Sequence record: ON528734 | Length of the DNA stretch: 64,000 nt | DNA from: Shigella phage ESh24 | Direction: 5' to 3' (one strand) | Part shown: piece by piece, positions 1 to 8,163 of the stretch | How the letters are laid out: each line of letters opens with the position of its first letter | How positions within the stretch are numbered: the stretch's first letter is position 1 | Position numbers and translations under genes: made by a program | The notes under the pieces: generated by a model | Seen by the model: only the letters and a program-made list of their open reading frames with translations | What the model was told of the DNA's origin: nothing | Databases searched by the model: none

Positions 1-1
1 A

Positions 2-340
2 ATAGATAAGACCACAACTGAATATGGTTCGCGTGAAAAACTCGGTGATATGTCTATTGTTTTTAAACATAAACCTAATGGTTTTGGCATATGTTATAAC
101 TTGTATACGCAATACGAACCAGGTCCTAATCTTGATTATGGTGCTTTAGTAAACTGTATGATAGAATTAAATCTACAGGCAGAAACCCTTTTGTTTAAAC
201 CGATAATTTACATTCCACGCATAGGTTGTGGTATTGCTGGCGGCGATTGGGATAAAGTTTCTAAATTAATCGACATGTTTACTCCTGATATTGATTTAAT
301 AGTGGTGGATTATGAAAGTACATTACCCGCATCCGTTTGA
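2..340 (+). CDS. hypothetical protein, probably 5'-truncated by window edge (frame open from position 2; first ATG at 50)
   Basis: Open frame to window start; motif PRIGCGIAGGDWD is faintly macro-domain-like; lies upstream of tk. Confidence 0.45.
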   Translation: MDKTTTEYGSREKLGDMSIVFKHKPNGFGICYNLYTQYEPGPNLDYGALVNCMIELNLQAETLLFKPIIYIPRIGCGIAGGDWDKVSKLIDMFTPDIDLIVVDYESTLPASV

Positions 341-524
341 TCCTAAAAACAAAGCAGTAATTATTCGTCAATGGGAACGCATTTGCCGTACTAAATGTCC
401 AATTAATAGTCCACATGATGTAGATAAAGACTACATTGGAACATTCGTTGAATATACCTTTATTGATAAGAAAGGTCGTAAACAACATGTAGAAGAATAT
501 TGCTTAAAGGTTACATGGTTATGA
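312..524 (+). CDS. hypothetical protein (70 aa)
   Basis: ORF overlapping upstream gene end, co-oriented in early-gene array. Confidence 0.45.
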   Translation: MKVHYPHPFDPKNKAVIIRQWERICRTKCPINSPHDVDKDYIGTFVEYTFIDKKGRKQHVEEYCLKVTWL

Positions 525-727
525 GCCAAACTAATATTCTTAAAAATGCCCACTGTGAAAAGTGTAAGTGGCCGGTTGTTTTTGCTTTATGCAACGATGA
601 AATGGCTTGTGATTTCGATTATTGGTGCTATTGTTCTAATAAAGGATGCATCAATCATAAAGGTGAAGGATTTTATTCAGGATTTTATCCTTATCCTGAT
701 TTCGTTAAAGAAGGTAAACCAAAATGA
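521..727 (+). CDS. hypothetical Cys-rich small protein (68 aa)
   Basis: ATGA stop/start overlap with upstream ORF; CxxC and multiple Cys (CEKCKW...CNDEMACDFDYWCYCSNKGC) suggest metal binding. Confidence 0.5.
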   Translation: MSQTNILKNAHCEKCKWPVVFALCNDEMACDFDYWCYCSNKGCINHKGEGFYSGFYPYPDFVKEGKPK

Positions 728-897
728 ATAGTTTTGAGTTACAATACGAAGTGTTACGTGAGCTTGATAATTTAATTGAACTCGCTGTTAATAAAGGTTT
801 TGCCATTGGAATCGGTCAAAAAGATACTGGTCATTTAACTATGGAAATATTTAAGCAAAAGCGAATTATTTTAAAACTCCTGGAAATTAATATATGA
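724..897 (+). CDS. hypothetical protein (57 aa)
   Basis: ATGA overlap with upstream ORF; not in ORF track because <60 aa. Confidence 0.4.
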   Translation: MNSFELQYEVLRELDNLIELAVNKGFAIGIGQKDTGHLTMEIFKQKRIILKLLEINI

Positions 898-1079
898 GTC
901 TGAGTAAAGAACAAAAAGATAAATTGTTTGAGCTTATTCATGAACTTCTAGATGAGCATATAGAAGCAAACACCTTTTATGATGAATACGGCCCGCTATC
1001 TCCAGAACAGCAGGAAGAATTTGCTGATCGGTTTGATAAGAAAGAAAACGAATTAATAGCTTATGTGAATACGCTTTAA
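894..1079 (+). CDS. hypothetical acidic small protein (61 aa)
   Basis: ORF with overlapping start; immediately upstream of tk. Confidence 0.5.
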   Translation: MSLSKEQKDKLFELIHELLDEHIEANTFYDEYGPLSPEQQEEFADRFDKKENELIAYVNTL

Positions 1080-1088
1080 GAAGGTGAT

Positions 1089-1670
1089 ATGGCGAGTTTA
1101 ATTTTTACTTATGCAGCAATGAATGCTGGAAAATCTGCTTCTCTTTTGACTGCTGCACATAATTATAAAGAGCGTGGAATGAGTGTATTAGTTCTTAAGC
1201 CTGCTATTGATACTCGCGATTCTGTCTGTGAAGTCGTTTCTCGCATTGGAATTAAGCAGGAAGCGAATATTATTACAGATGATATGGACATTTTCGAATT
1301 CTATAAATGGGCTGAAGCACAAAAAGATATTCATTGCGTATTTGTAGATGAAGCTCAGTTTTTAAAAACTGAACAGGTGCACCAATTAAGCCGAATTGTT
1401 GATACATATAATGTTCCTGTTATGGCTTATGGATTAAGGACTGATTTCGCTGGAAAATTGTTTGAAGGTTCTAAAGAACTTTTAGCGATTGCAGATAAAC
1501 TTATTGAACTAAAGGCAGTTTGTCATTGCGGCAAAAAAGCGATTATGACAGCTCGATTAATGGAAGATGGAACACCAGTTAAAGAAGGTAATCAAATCTG
1601 TATTGGTGATGAAATTTATGTTTCTTTGTGTAGAAAACATTGGAATGAATTAACTAAAAAGCTTGGTTAG
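1089..1670 (+). CDS. tk: thymidine kinase
   Basis: 193 aa, P-loop NAGKSASLL, VDEAQF Walker B, C-terminal Cys pairs; matches T4 Tk. Confidence 0.93.
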   Translation: MASLIFTYAAMNAGKSASLLTAAHNYKERGMSVLVLKPAIDTRDSVCEVVSRIGIKQEANIITDDMDIFEFYKWAEAQKDIHCVFVDEAQFLKTEQVHQLSRIVDTYNVPVMAYGLRTDFAGKLFEGSKELLAIADKLIELKAVCHCGKKAIMTARLMEDGTPVKEGNQICIGDEIYVSLCRKHWNELTKKLG

Positions 1671-1712
1671 TGCAAAAGTTATAAATAGGTTTATCTAACT
1701 AAAGGGGTATAT

Positions 1713-1925
1713 ATGCTACAATTAACTGAAAAGCAACTTCGCAATCTTACTGTGCTTCAATTAGATGAAATTCGTAGGGAAGTTGGAAATATCATTTCAG
1801 CTTTGCGTCGAGAAGTATCACTCAACCAATCTCCGGCAGACTATACTAGATTGCGAAATTTTGAAAAATACCTTGATAAAGTTAAGGCCGTGCATCGGCA
1901 TAAAGTAAATACAGGACAAAAATGA
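1713..1925 (+). CDS. hypothetical protein (70 aa), rI.-1 position
   Basis: ORF with GGGG RBS; between tk and rI. Confidence 0.55.
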
Positions 1926-1937
1926 TAGGAGGCCTTT

Positions 1938-2231
1938 ATGGCCTTAAAAGCAACGGCACTATTTGCCATGCTAGGATTGTCATTTGTTTTATCTCCACCA
2001 ATTGAAGCGAATGTCGATCCTCATTTTGATAAATTTATGGAATCTGGTATTAGGCACGTTTATATGCTTTTTGAAAATAAAAGCGTAGAATCGTCTGAAC
2101 AATTCTATAGTTTTATGAGAACGACCTATAAAAATGACCCGTGCTCTTCTGATTTTGAATGTATAGAACGAGGCGCGGAGATGGCACAATCATACGCTAG
2201 AATTATGAACATTAAATTGGAGACTGAATGA
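1938..2231 (+). CDS. rI: lysis inhibition regulator rI (membrane/periplasmic)
   Basis: 97 aa, N-terminal signal-anchor MALKATALFAMLGLSFVLSPP; size and position as T4 rI. Confidence 0.85.
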   Translation: MALKATALFAMLGLSFVLSPPIEANVDPHFDKFMESGIRHVYMLFENKSVESSEQFYSFMRTTYKNDPCSSDFECIERGAEMAQSYARIMNIKLETE

Positions 2232-2614
2232 AATTCAGCGACTTTTCACAAAGTGGAAAACCTTCAAAGGCAGATGAATACTTAGGTTTATTAATGGCTG
2301 CACAAGCTTATTTTCATTCTGCACATTTTGAAACTAAAAGTTATGCTAGACACAAAGCATACGATTTTATTTTTTCTGAGTTACCAGATTTGATTGACAA
2401 ATTTGGTGAGCAATATTTGGGGTACTCTGGTAGAAAATACACACCTTCAATTCCAGATGCCAGTAAACTTCCTACCGACACAATTAAAATGATTGATCGC
2501 ATACTAGACCAATCTGACAGCATTTATAAAGAAATGCCTCCAGCCATCCAAAGCACGATAGATGATATTACTGGAATGTTTTACCAGAGTAAGTATCTTC
2601 TTTCCCTCGAATAA
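2228..2614 (+). CDS. hypothetical protein (128 aa), rI.1 position
   Basis: ATGA overlap with rI; followed by terminator. Confidence 0.6.
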
Positions 2615-2618
2615 CATT

Positions 2619-2642
2619 AGTCTCCTTCGGGAGACTTTTTTC
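2619..2642 (+). terminator. rho-independent terminator (GTCTCC-UUCG-GGAGAC + T run)
   Basis: Perfect 6-bp stem, UUCG tetraloop, T6 tract. Confidence 0.8.
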
Positions 2643-2651
2643 ATTTTACCG

Positions 2652-2683
2652 GTTTACTTTTCGTTTGAGCCGTGGTACTATAC
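2652..2683 (+). promoter_or_regulatory. T4-type early promoter
   Basis: GTTTAC (2652-2657), 18-nt spacer, TGGTACTATACAA extended -10. Confidence 0.7.
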
Positions 2684-2709
2684 AACCATCGGATAAAGAG
2701 GAGAACATC

Positions 2710-2898
2710 ATGAAAATTGAAGCACTCAATCAAGAAGGAAATATTTACGTCATCATTAATGGTGATTTTTTCGTCGACATGGATGAAGTTACTAGTGAAG
2801 AACTTGTAGAACTTCTTAAGAAACGTTATAATATGTGTGATGAAGTTGCAACTCACATGGCGTGTGCAATATTCTCTCTTTCATATGTGGTGGAATAA
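2710..2898 (+). CDS. hypothetical protein (62 aa)
   Basis: AGAGGAG RBS then ATG at 2710; ORF-track start 2665 lies inside the promoter. Confidence 0.5.
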
Positions 2899-3101
2899 TG
2901 ATTAGTATAGAGCAAGCAGATAAAATCAAGGAATTAGTGGCTTCAATTCGTAAAGCAGATGAGGAACTTAGTGACTTTGCTTGGTTTTCGTCAGGCATTG
3001 CAAATAAAGGTATTGATGAACTTGAAACTAAAGTTGATAATGCTTTAGAAGCGTTAGATATGTTTCTTGATGAAATTATCGATCATAATACGAGAGTTTA
3101 A
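2898..3101 (+). CDS. hypothetical protein (67 aa)
   Basis: TAATG overlap with upstream ORF. Confidence 0.5.
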   Translation: MISIEQADKIKELVASIRKADEELSDFAWFSSGIANKGIDELETKVDNALEALDMFLDEIIDHNTRV

Positions 3102-3103
3102 GT

Positions 3104-3298
3104 ATGCTAACACGCGAACAGTTTGAAAAAATCATTAAATTAGCACGTGATATTGAAATAGATTCATACCAATTAGCAGTTGAGCATTGTGAAGGATATT
3201 CATACGACGGTATAGAAACAGCTAAAAAGGATTTGGATAAATCTAAAGCTAAGTTAGTTCAATATCTTGAAATGATTAGGTGGAATAATGAAAACTGA
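3104..3298 (+). CDS. hypothetical protein (64 aa)
   Basis: ORF in tightly packed array. Confidence 0.5.
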   Translation: MLTREQFEKIIKLARDIEIDSYQLAVEHCEGYSYDGIETAKKDLDKSKAKLVQYLEMIRWNNEN

Positions 3299-3461
3299 AA
3301 AGCAGATGCTTTTAATGAAACTAATTGAAGAATATGCTAACGCAGTTTCTGACTATGAATGTTCTTCTCGGGAAAGAGGTACAGCTTTCGCCAAAGAAGA
3401 AATGAAAATCATGGTTGATGCTCATACAAAGCTTCAAAATTTTATTGAAAACGTCATTTAA
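3288..3461 (+). CDS. hypothetical protein (57 aa)
   Basis: ORF overlapping upstream stop; <60 aa so absent from track. Confidence 0.4.
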   Translation: MKTEKQMLLMKLIEEYANAVSDYECSSRERGTAFAKEEMKIMVDAHTKLQNFIENVI

Positions 3462-3463
3462 TG

Positions 3464-3495
3464 GTTTACAAGTTGGCAAGGTTATGGTATAGTAA
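3464..3495 (+). promoter_or_regulatory. T4-type early promoter
   Basis: GTTTAC (3464-3469) and TGGTATAGT -10. Confidence 0.65.
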
Positions 3496-3625
3496 TCTTG
3501 TCAACTGTTAAGGAGAAGAGAATGAAAGTTTTGTTTGTTGTGTATGTAATGATTCAATATAATCACCCAATGTTTACTTATAATCTGGTGAACAACATTA
3601 TTGATATTATTCAAAGGAGTATGTA

Positions 3626-3811
3626 ATGACAAGTGAGCAGGCTTTTAAATTAAGAGAATTAATTGAGACGTATAGTAAAGCTGTTCATACATCAACAATT
3701 ATTGATGAATCAGCTTTCTCCGGACATGCCAACAAGATTAAATACAAAACTCTTATGGAAGAAGCTAAAGTAAATCTTGATTCTTATATTGAAACTTTAA
3801 TTGGTGAATAA
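3626..3811 (+). CDS. hypothetical protein (61 aa)
   Basis: AGGAG RBS; ORF. Confidence 0.5.
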   Translation: MTSEQAFKLRELIETYSKAVHTSTIIDESAFSGHANKIKYKTLMEEAKVNLDSYIETLIGE

Positions 3812-3812
3812 C

Positions 3813-4079
3813 ATGGGCTTTCCTAAATTAGAAGTAGGTGATTTGGTCTTAACAAAATTATGGAATGATGTTCAATCAGTAGAAATCTGTCAATATCGTG
3901 GAGCAACAGGTAATTTGATGTACACGATTTATAATCCAGAAATTTTATTAGAGTGTCATTTGGAACGCTTTATAAAAGACACCGATAGTATGCCGTATAG
4001 TGTATCGATTGTACGTAAATCTGATACAAAGGAATACTCTAAAATTTTAGAACAAATCAGCGCAAATAAAAAGGATTAA
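3813..4079 (+). CDS. hypothetical protein (88 aa)
   Basis: ORF starting MGFPKLEV just after upstream stop. Confidence 0.5.
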   Translation: MGFPKLEVGDLVLTKLWNDVQSVEICQYRGATGNLMYTIYNPEILLECHLERFIKDTDSMPYSVSIVRKSDTKEYSKILEQISANKKD

Positions 4080-4080
4080 T

Positions 4081-4614
4081 ATGAAACGATTAGTATTAGA
4101 AGTTAGTCCACTTTTTGGTGAATTGGCTATAGAAAAAGTAAATAATATGTATCGTTTGACACAAGAAGACGATATGATGTATTTTACACCTAGTGAAATT
4201 ATTCATTTAACCCAAATTGAATATCCTTATACTGATAAAATAATAAGCATCAATGATGAGCACAAAATTCATTTTTATTCTTCATGCCCAGGATTTAATA
4301 TTAAAAGTGAGTCAATGTGTTTATCAGTTATCCATTGGGATAGTTTTATAGCCAAGATTAAATATTTTTATTATTCTAATGAAAGAAAACATAGTTTAAA
4401 ATGGCTCAAAAATTGTAATGCTATTATTACTAACGCTTGCAATCAGAATGATGAAACTCTTTTAAATGTATCAAAATGTTATGAAGAGGGAGATGTCTTA
4501 ACTATTCGTCAAATTGACGATTTTCGATCGCATATTGTCACATTTACCAAAGACGAAGCTATTGCACTAAAAGCTTATCTTGATTCTGTTATTCCAACTA
4601 TGATTTCAAAGTGA
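4081..4614 (+). CDS. hypothetical protein (177 aa), paralog of next gene
   Basis: C-terminal FTKDEAIALKAYLDSVIPTMISK matches LSKSEAEAMIKYLTTVTPSMKG of neighbour. Confidence 0.6.
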   Translation: MKRLVLEVSPLFGELAIEKVNNMYRLTQEDDMMYFTPSEIIHLTQIEYPYTDKIISINDEHKIHFYSSCPGFNIKSESMCLSVIHWDSFIAKIKYFYYSNERKHSLKWLKNCNAIITNACNQNDETLLNVSKCYEEGDVLTIRQIDDFRSHIVTFTKDEAIALKAYLDSVIPTMISK

Positions 4615-4620
4615 GGAAAT

Positions 4621-5142
4621 ATGTTTATTTCAAGTGAAAGTGGTTTAATTCGTGCTGAATTTAAAAATGACATCTTTCTTATTCAAGGAGATGATATTAT
4701 TAAAATGAGTTATGACGAAATCAAGAAAATTTGTCATGCTCTTGAAAGTCATGGAAAAGTGAACGCTGTTATTGATATTGGCGATTTATGGGTGACACTT
4801 TATGAAGTATCCGAAGGATTTAACATTGAAGATGAAAATAACATTTTAGCTATTGATAAAAGAAGTGATTTGTTTGATGTATTAAAAGTTTATGAACAGT
4901 CAAATGGCGGAAGAAAAGCTGTATTGATTTATCAAAAACCGCATTCATGTGGAACTGCTTCAATCATTTCAAATATTGAAGATGAAACTGATACTTATAT
5001 GTGTGTTTTAAAAGCTGGTGGTGACCGTCATCCGGATTTTATTTCTATTCGTCAAAACAATGGAGAAATTTCATTATCAAAATCAGAAGCTGAAGCGATG
5101 ATTAAGTATTTAACAACCGTTACGCCTTCAATGAAAGGATAA
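4621..5142 (+). CDS. hypothetical protein (173 aa), paralog of previous gene
   Basis: Shared C-terminal motif with 4081-4614. Confidence 0.6.
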   Translation: MFISSESGLIRAEFKNDIFLIQGDDIIKMSYDEIKKICHALESHGKVNAVIDIGDLWVTLYEVSEGFNIEDENNILAIDKRSDLFDVLKVYEQSNGGRKAVLIYQKPHSCGTASIISNIEDETDTYMCVLKAGGDRHPDFISIRQNNGEISLSKSEAEAMIKYLTTVTPSMKG

Positions 5143-5144
5143 TT

Positions 5145-5606
5145 ATGATTATTAATGAAAACTCTTGGCACTATAAATTATTCAAATTGTTTAACGATGA
5201 ATGGCAACGACCTAAGACACTATGTGCATACTTTTGGTCTATTGTTATCCCTACATTTTTCGTTTCTATTTTTGGGTGTACTATACTCGTAGGGCTAACA
5301 ATTATTTGTGCAGAAAGCCTACAACGTTGGCTTATTTTCGGTAGTTTATGGACTCTTCTTCCATTAGCATTTATACTTGCGCTTTTGGTTGTTTTACTTA
5401 TTATCGGTTCATTTGTTATTCCTGCACATTTGCGTGAAAAATATAAAGATTATAAATGGAAAAAGGATTATGCTTTACACGTAGAAAATATTGATAGGGC
5501 GTATAAAGGTTTACCTCCTATTCAACCCAAGAAATCTATTATCGTCGAATTTTTAAAAGCTCGTAAAGCTAAAGTATGTCCTGTTATTGAATATAAGGCT
5601 GAATGA
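5145..5606 (+). CDS. predicted integral membrane protein (153 aa)
   Basis: Three hydrophobic segments; ATGA-coupled to downstream NTase gene. Confidence 0.6.
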   Translation: MIINENSWHYKLFKLFNDEWQRPKTLCAYFWSIVIPTFFVSIFGCTILVGLTIICAESLQRWLIFGSLWTLLPLAFILALLVVLLIIGSFVIPAHLREKYKDYKWKKDYALHVENIDRAYKGLPPIQPKKSIIVEFLKARKAKVCPVIEYKAE

Positions 5607-6616
5607 TGAAAACAGTAATGAAAAGCTATTTTGGTAGTCATCTTTATGGAACTTCTACCCCAGAATCTGATGTAGATTTTAAAGAAATTTTTGTTCCTCC
5701 TGCTCGCGATATTCTTATCGGAAATGTTAAAGAGCATATGAGCAAAAACACTAACAACACATCATCTAAAAACACTAAAGATGATATTGACCATGAACTA
5801 TACAGTCTTAAGTATTTCTTTAAATTAGCAGCAGATGGTGAAACCGTAGCATTGGATATGCTTCACACTCCACCTGAACTAGTGGTTAAATCTGATTTGC
5901 CTGATGTGTGGAAGTTTATTCAAGACAACCGTTCTCGTTTTTATACGACTAACATGAAATCCTATTTAGGATATGTTCGCAAGCAAGCTTCTAAATACGG
6001 TGTCAAGGGTTCTCGTTTGGCTGCATTACGCGATGTATTGAAAGTAGTTAATCAAATCCCTGAGCAATGGGTTGATTACCAAGAAGATGGTTCTATTAAG
6101 CAGCGTCGTACTAAAGTTGAAGATATTAAGCATCGTCTTCCAGAAAACGAATTCTGTGAATGGGTGTTCCATAATCATGAGAAAACAGGTCCACAAACGT
6201 TCTATACTGTATTGGGTCGTAAATATCAGACAACTCTTTCTCTTATTGAGCTTAAGCAGTCACTGAACAAATTAGATGCTGAATATGGTGAACGTGCTCG
6301 TAAGGCCGAAGCCAATGAAGGTATTGACTGGAAAGCACTAAGTCATGCTTGTCGTGGTGGACTTCAACTATTGGAAATTTACAAAACTGGCGACTTAGTT
6401 TATCCACTCAAAGATGCTCCTTTTATTCTCGACGTGAAGTTGGGTAAGCATCCATTTAAAACGGTTCAAGAGTTTTTGGAAGATGTGGTCGATCAAGTAG
6501 AAGCAGCATCTACTGAAGCTTCTAAGAACGGTATGCAACAAAAAGTAGACATGAGTTTCTGGGATGACTTCCTTGAGAAGGTCTATCTTGAAAACCACCG
6601 AAATTATTATAAATGA
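5603..6616 (+). CDS. predicted Pol-beta-superfamily nucleotidyltransferase-fold protein (337 aa); nrdC.11 position
   Basis: Motif FGSHLYGTSTPESDVDF = hG[GS]-x(10)-D-h-D NTase signature; later hhDhh (VALDMLH). Confidence 0.65.
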   Translation: MMKTVMKSYFGSHLYGTSTPESDVDFKEIFVPPARDILIGNVKEHMSKNTNNTSSKNTKDDIDHELYSLKYFFKLAADGETVALDMLHTPPELVVKSDLPDVWKFIQDNRSRFYTTNMKSYLGYVRKQASKYGVKGSRLAALRDVLKVVNQIPEQWVDYQEDGSIKQRRTKVEDIKHRLPENEFCEWVFHNHEKTGPQTFYTVLGRKYQTTLSLIELKQSLNKLDAEYGERARKAEANEGIDWKALSHACRGGLQLLEIYKTGDLVYPLKDAPFILDVKLGKHPFKTVQEFLEDVVDQVEAASTEASKNGMQQKVDMSFWDDFLEKVYLENHRNYYK

Positions 6617-6618
6617 TA

Positions 6619-6643
6619 GGGAGCCTTCGGGCTCCCTTTTTTA
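6619..6643 (+). terminator. rho-independent terminator (GGGAGCC-UUCG-GGCTCCC + T run)
   Basis: 7-bp GC stem, UUCG loop, T6 tract. Confidence 0.85.
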
Positions 6644-6666
6644 TTTCAAAAATTTTTCACAAAGTT

Positions 6667-6698
6667 GTTTACAAGCATAAAGCTTTATGGTACTATAC
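6667..6698 (+). promoter_or_regulatory. T4-type early promoter with conserved leader cassette
   Basis: GTTTAC, TGGTACTATACAACTATCAACT core; A-rich upstream element. Confidence 0.75.
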
Positions 6699-6730
6699 AA
6701 CTATCAACTGATACGGATTTGGAGAATAAA

Positions 6731-7699
6731 ATGAAAACTGTAACTATCAATAAGGGTATCTACTTTGGCAAAGAAATCTCTGGAACTTTTGAACTCTTAG
6801 GTGAATGGTTCCCAGATAATGCTCCAGTAGATGCACAAGGAGATGGTAAAGTTTTTGTTGAAATTGACGGTAAACGTCGCGGTGTTTGGGTTTACAAATC
6901 AGACATTTCATATGATGGTGTAAAAGTTGAAGAAGTTAAAGAATCGTATGAAGATATGAAAACCCGCATTAATAAAAGATTTAATGTTATGGGAATGATG
7001 ACGAATGGTATTATTAACGGAAACATTCGTTCATTAATTATCTCTGGTGCGGCGGGTATTGGTAAAACGTATTCTTTAGATAAAGCTTTAAATAAAGCAA
7101 ATGATATTGGATACATTGAATATAAAAGCATTAACGGTAAAATCTCTGGTATCGGTCTTTATGAACAGCTTTGGAATAATCGTGAAGAGAATTCTGTCCT
7201 TTTGATTGATGATGTGGATGTTTTCTCTGATATGGACATTCTTAATCTTCTGAAAGCTGCTCTGGACACCGGAGAGACCCGTAAAGTCTGCTGGAGCACC
7301 GCATCTTCTTACTTAGAAGAAAAAGGCATTGAGCGTGAGTTTGAATTTAAAGGAACGATTGTTTTTATCACAAACGTTGACATTGACCGCGAATTAGACC
7401 GTGGTACTAAACTTGCTCCACATTTACAAGCATTAGTGTCCCGCTCAGTTTATTTGGATTTGGGTGTTCACACTAATGAAGAAATTATGGTCAGGGTTGA
7501 AGATGTTATTCTTTCAACTGACATGATGCAAAAGCGCGGTCTTTCTGATGAAGAAACTTATAAAGCATTATCATGGATGAAAGTCAATGTTAATCGTTTA
7601 CGCAATGTTTCACTGCGTACTGCACTTTATCTTGCTGACTTTATTATGACCGACAAAAATGGTTGGGAAGAAATTGCTGAGGTTACTCTTCTGAAATAA
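6731..7699 (+). CDS. predicted P-loop ATPase (AAA-like), 322 aa; nrdC.10 position
   Basis: Walker A GAAGIGKT, Walker B VLLIDDVD; ORF-track N-extension is leader, real start after GGAG RBS. Confidence 0.7.
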   Translation: MKTVTINKGIYFGKEISGTFELLGEWFPDNAPVDAQGDGKVFVEIDGKRRGVWVYKSDISYDGVKVEEVKESYEDMKTRINKRFNVMGMMTNGIINGNIRSLIISGAAGIGKTYSLDKALNKANDIGYIEYKSINGKISGIGLYEQLWNNREENSVLLIDDVDVFSDMDILNLLKAALDTGETRKVCWSTASSYLEEKGIEREFEFKGTIVFITNVDIDRELDRGTKLAPHLQALVSRSVYLDLGVHTNEEIMVRVEDVILSTDMMQKRGLSDEETYKALSWMKVNVNRLRNVSLRTALYLADFIMTDKNGWEEIAEVTLLK

Positions 7700-7797
7700 T
7701 TCATAAGAGGCCTTCTAAGATAAAAAGGCAGTTCAGAAATAGATTATATGGACTGCCATTAAAAAGATGACTAGAATTAAACTGGTAAATGGAGGTA

Positions 7798-8103
7798 ATG
7801 ATGTTATACTCAAAGGCTCGTGAAATTTACGAAACTAAAATTAAAGAAGCAGTATTTCAGTTCGCAACAACGATGCGATGGACAAATGATTGGGAATATT
7901 CAAAAAATCATAAGAAGCCCATGGTGACAAGAAAGGCTCATGTGTTAGTGTTAATAGACCGTGAGCAGATTAAAGCCCGAGAAGCCCTCCAGAATCATAA
8001 AAAGGCTGCCTTTGAATGGTTTATGGATAACACTGCTCCTGAGACTAAGAAAGCAGTGAGCGCTTGGTTCAGTGGAAAAAATTGTGAAAGAAGTTTCTTT
8101 TAG
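7798..8103 (+). CDS. hypothetical protein (~101 aa)
   Basis: GGAGG RBS 7791-7795; tandem ATGs at 7798/7801. Confidence 0.5.
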   Translation: MMLYSKAREIYETKIKEAVFQFATTMRWTNDWEYSKNHKKPMVTRKAHVLVLIDREQIKAREALQNHKKAAFEWFMDNTAPETKKAVSAWFSGKNCERSFF

Positions 8104-8105
8104 TT

Positions 8106-8137
8106 GTTTACAAGACAGTTCCTCTGTGGTACTATAC
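8106..8137 (+). promoter_or_regulatory. T4-type early promoter with conserved leader cassette
   Basis: GTTTAC, TGGTACTATACAACTATCAACTAC, GGAGGA RBS. Confidence 0.75.
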
Positions 8138-8163
8138 AACTATCAACTACGGAGGAACAGAAA

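Noticed and set aside
6665-6730. N-terminal extensions in the ORF track that read through promoter cassettes (6665, 8104, 59881, 60384; peptide GTIQLSTTEEQK)
   Set aside because: The recurring peptide is just the translated conserved leader; true starts are the ATG about 8 nt after the GGAG RBS.
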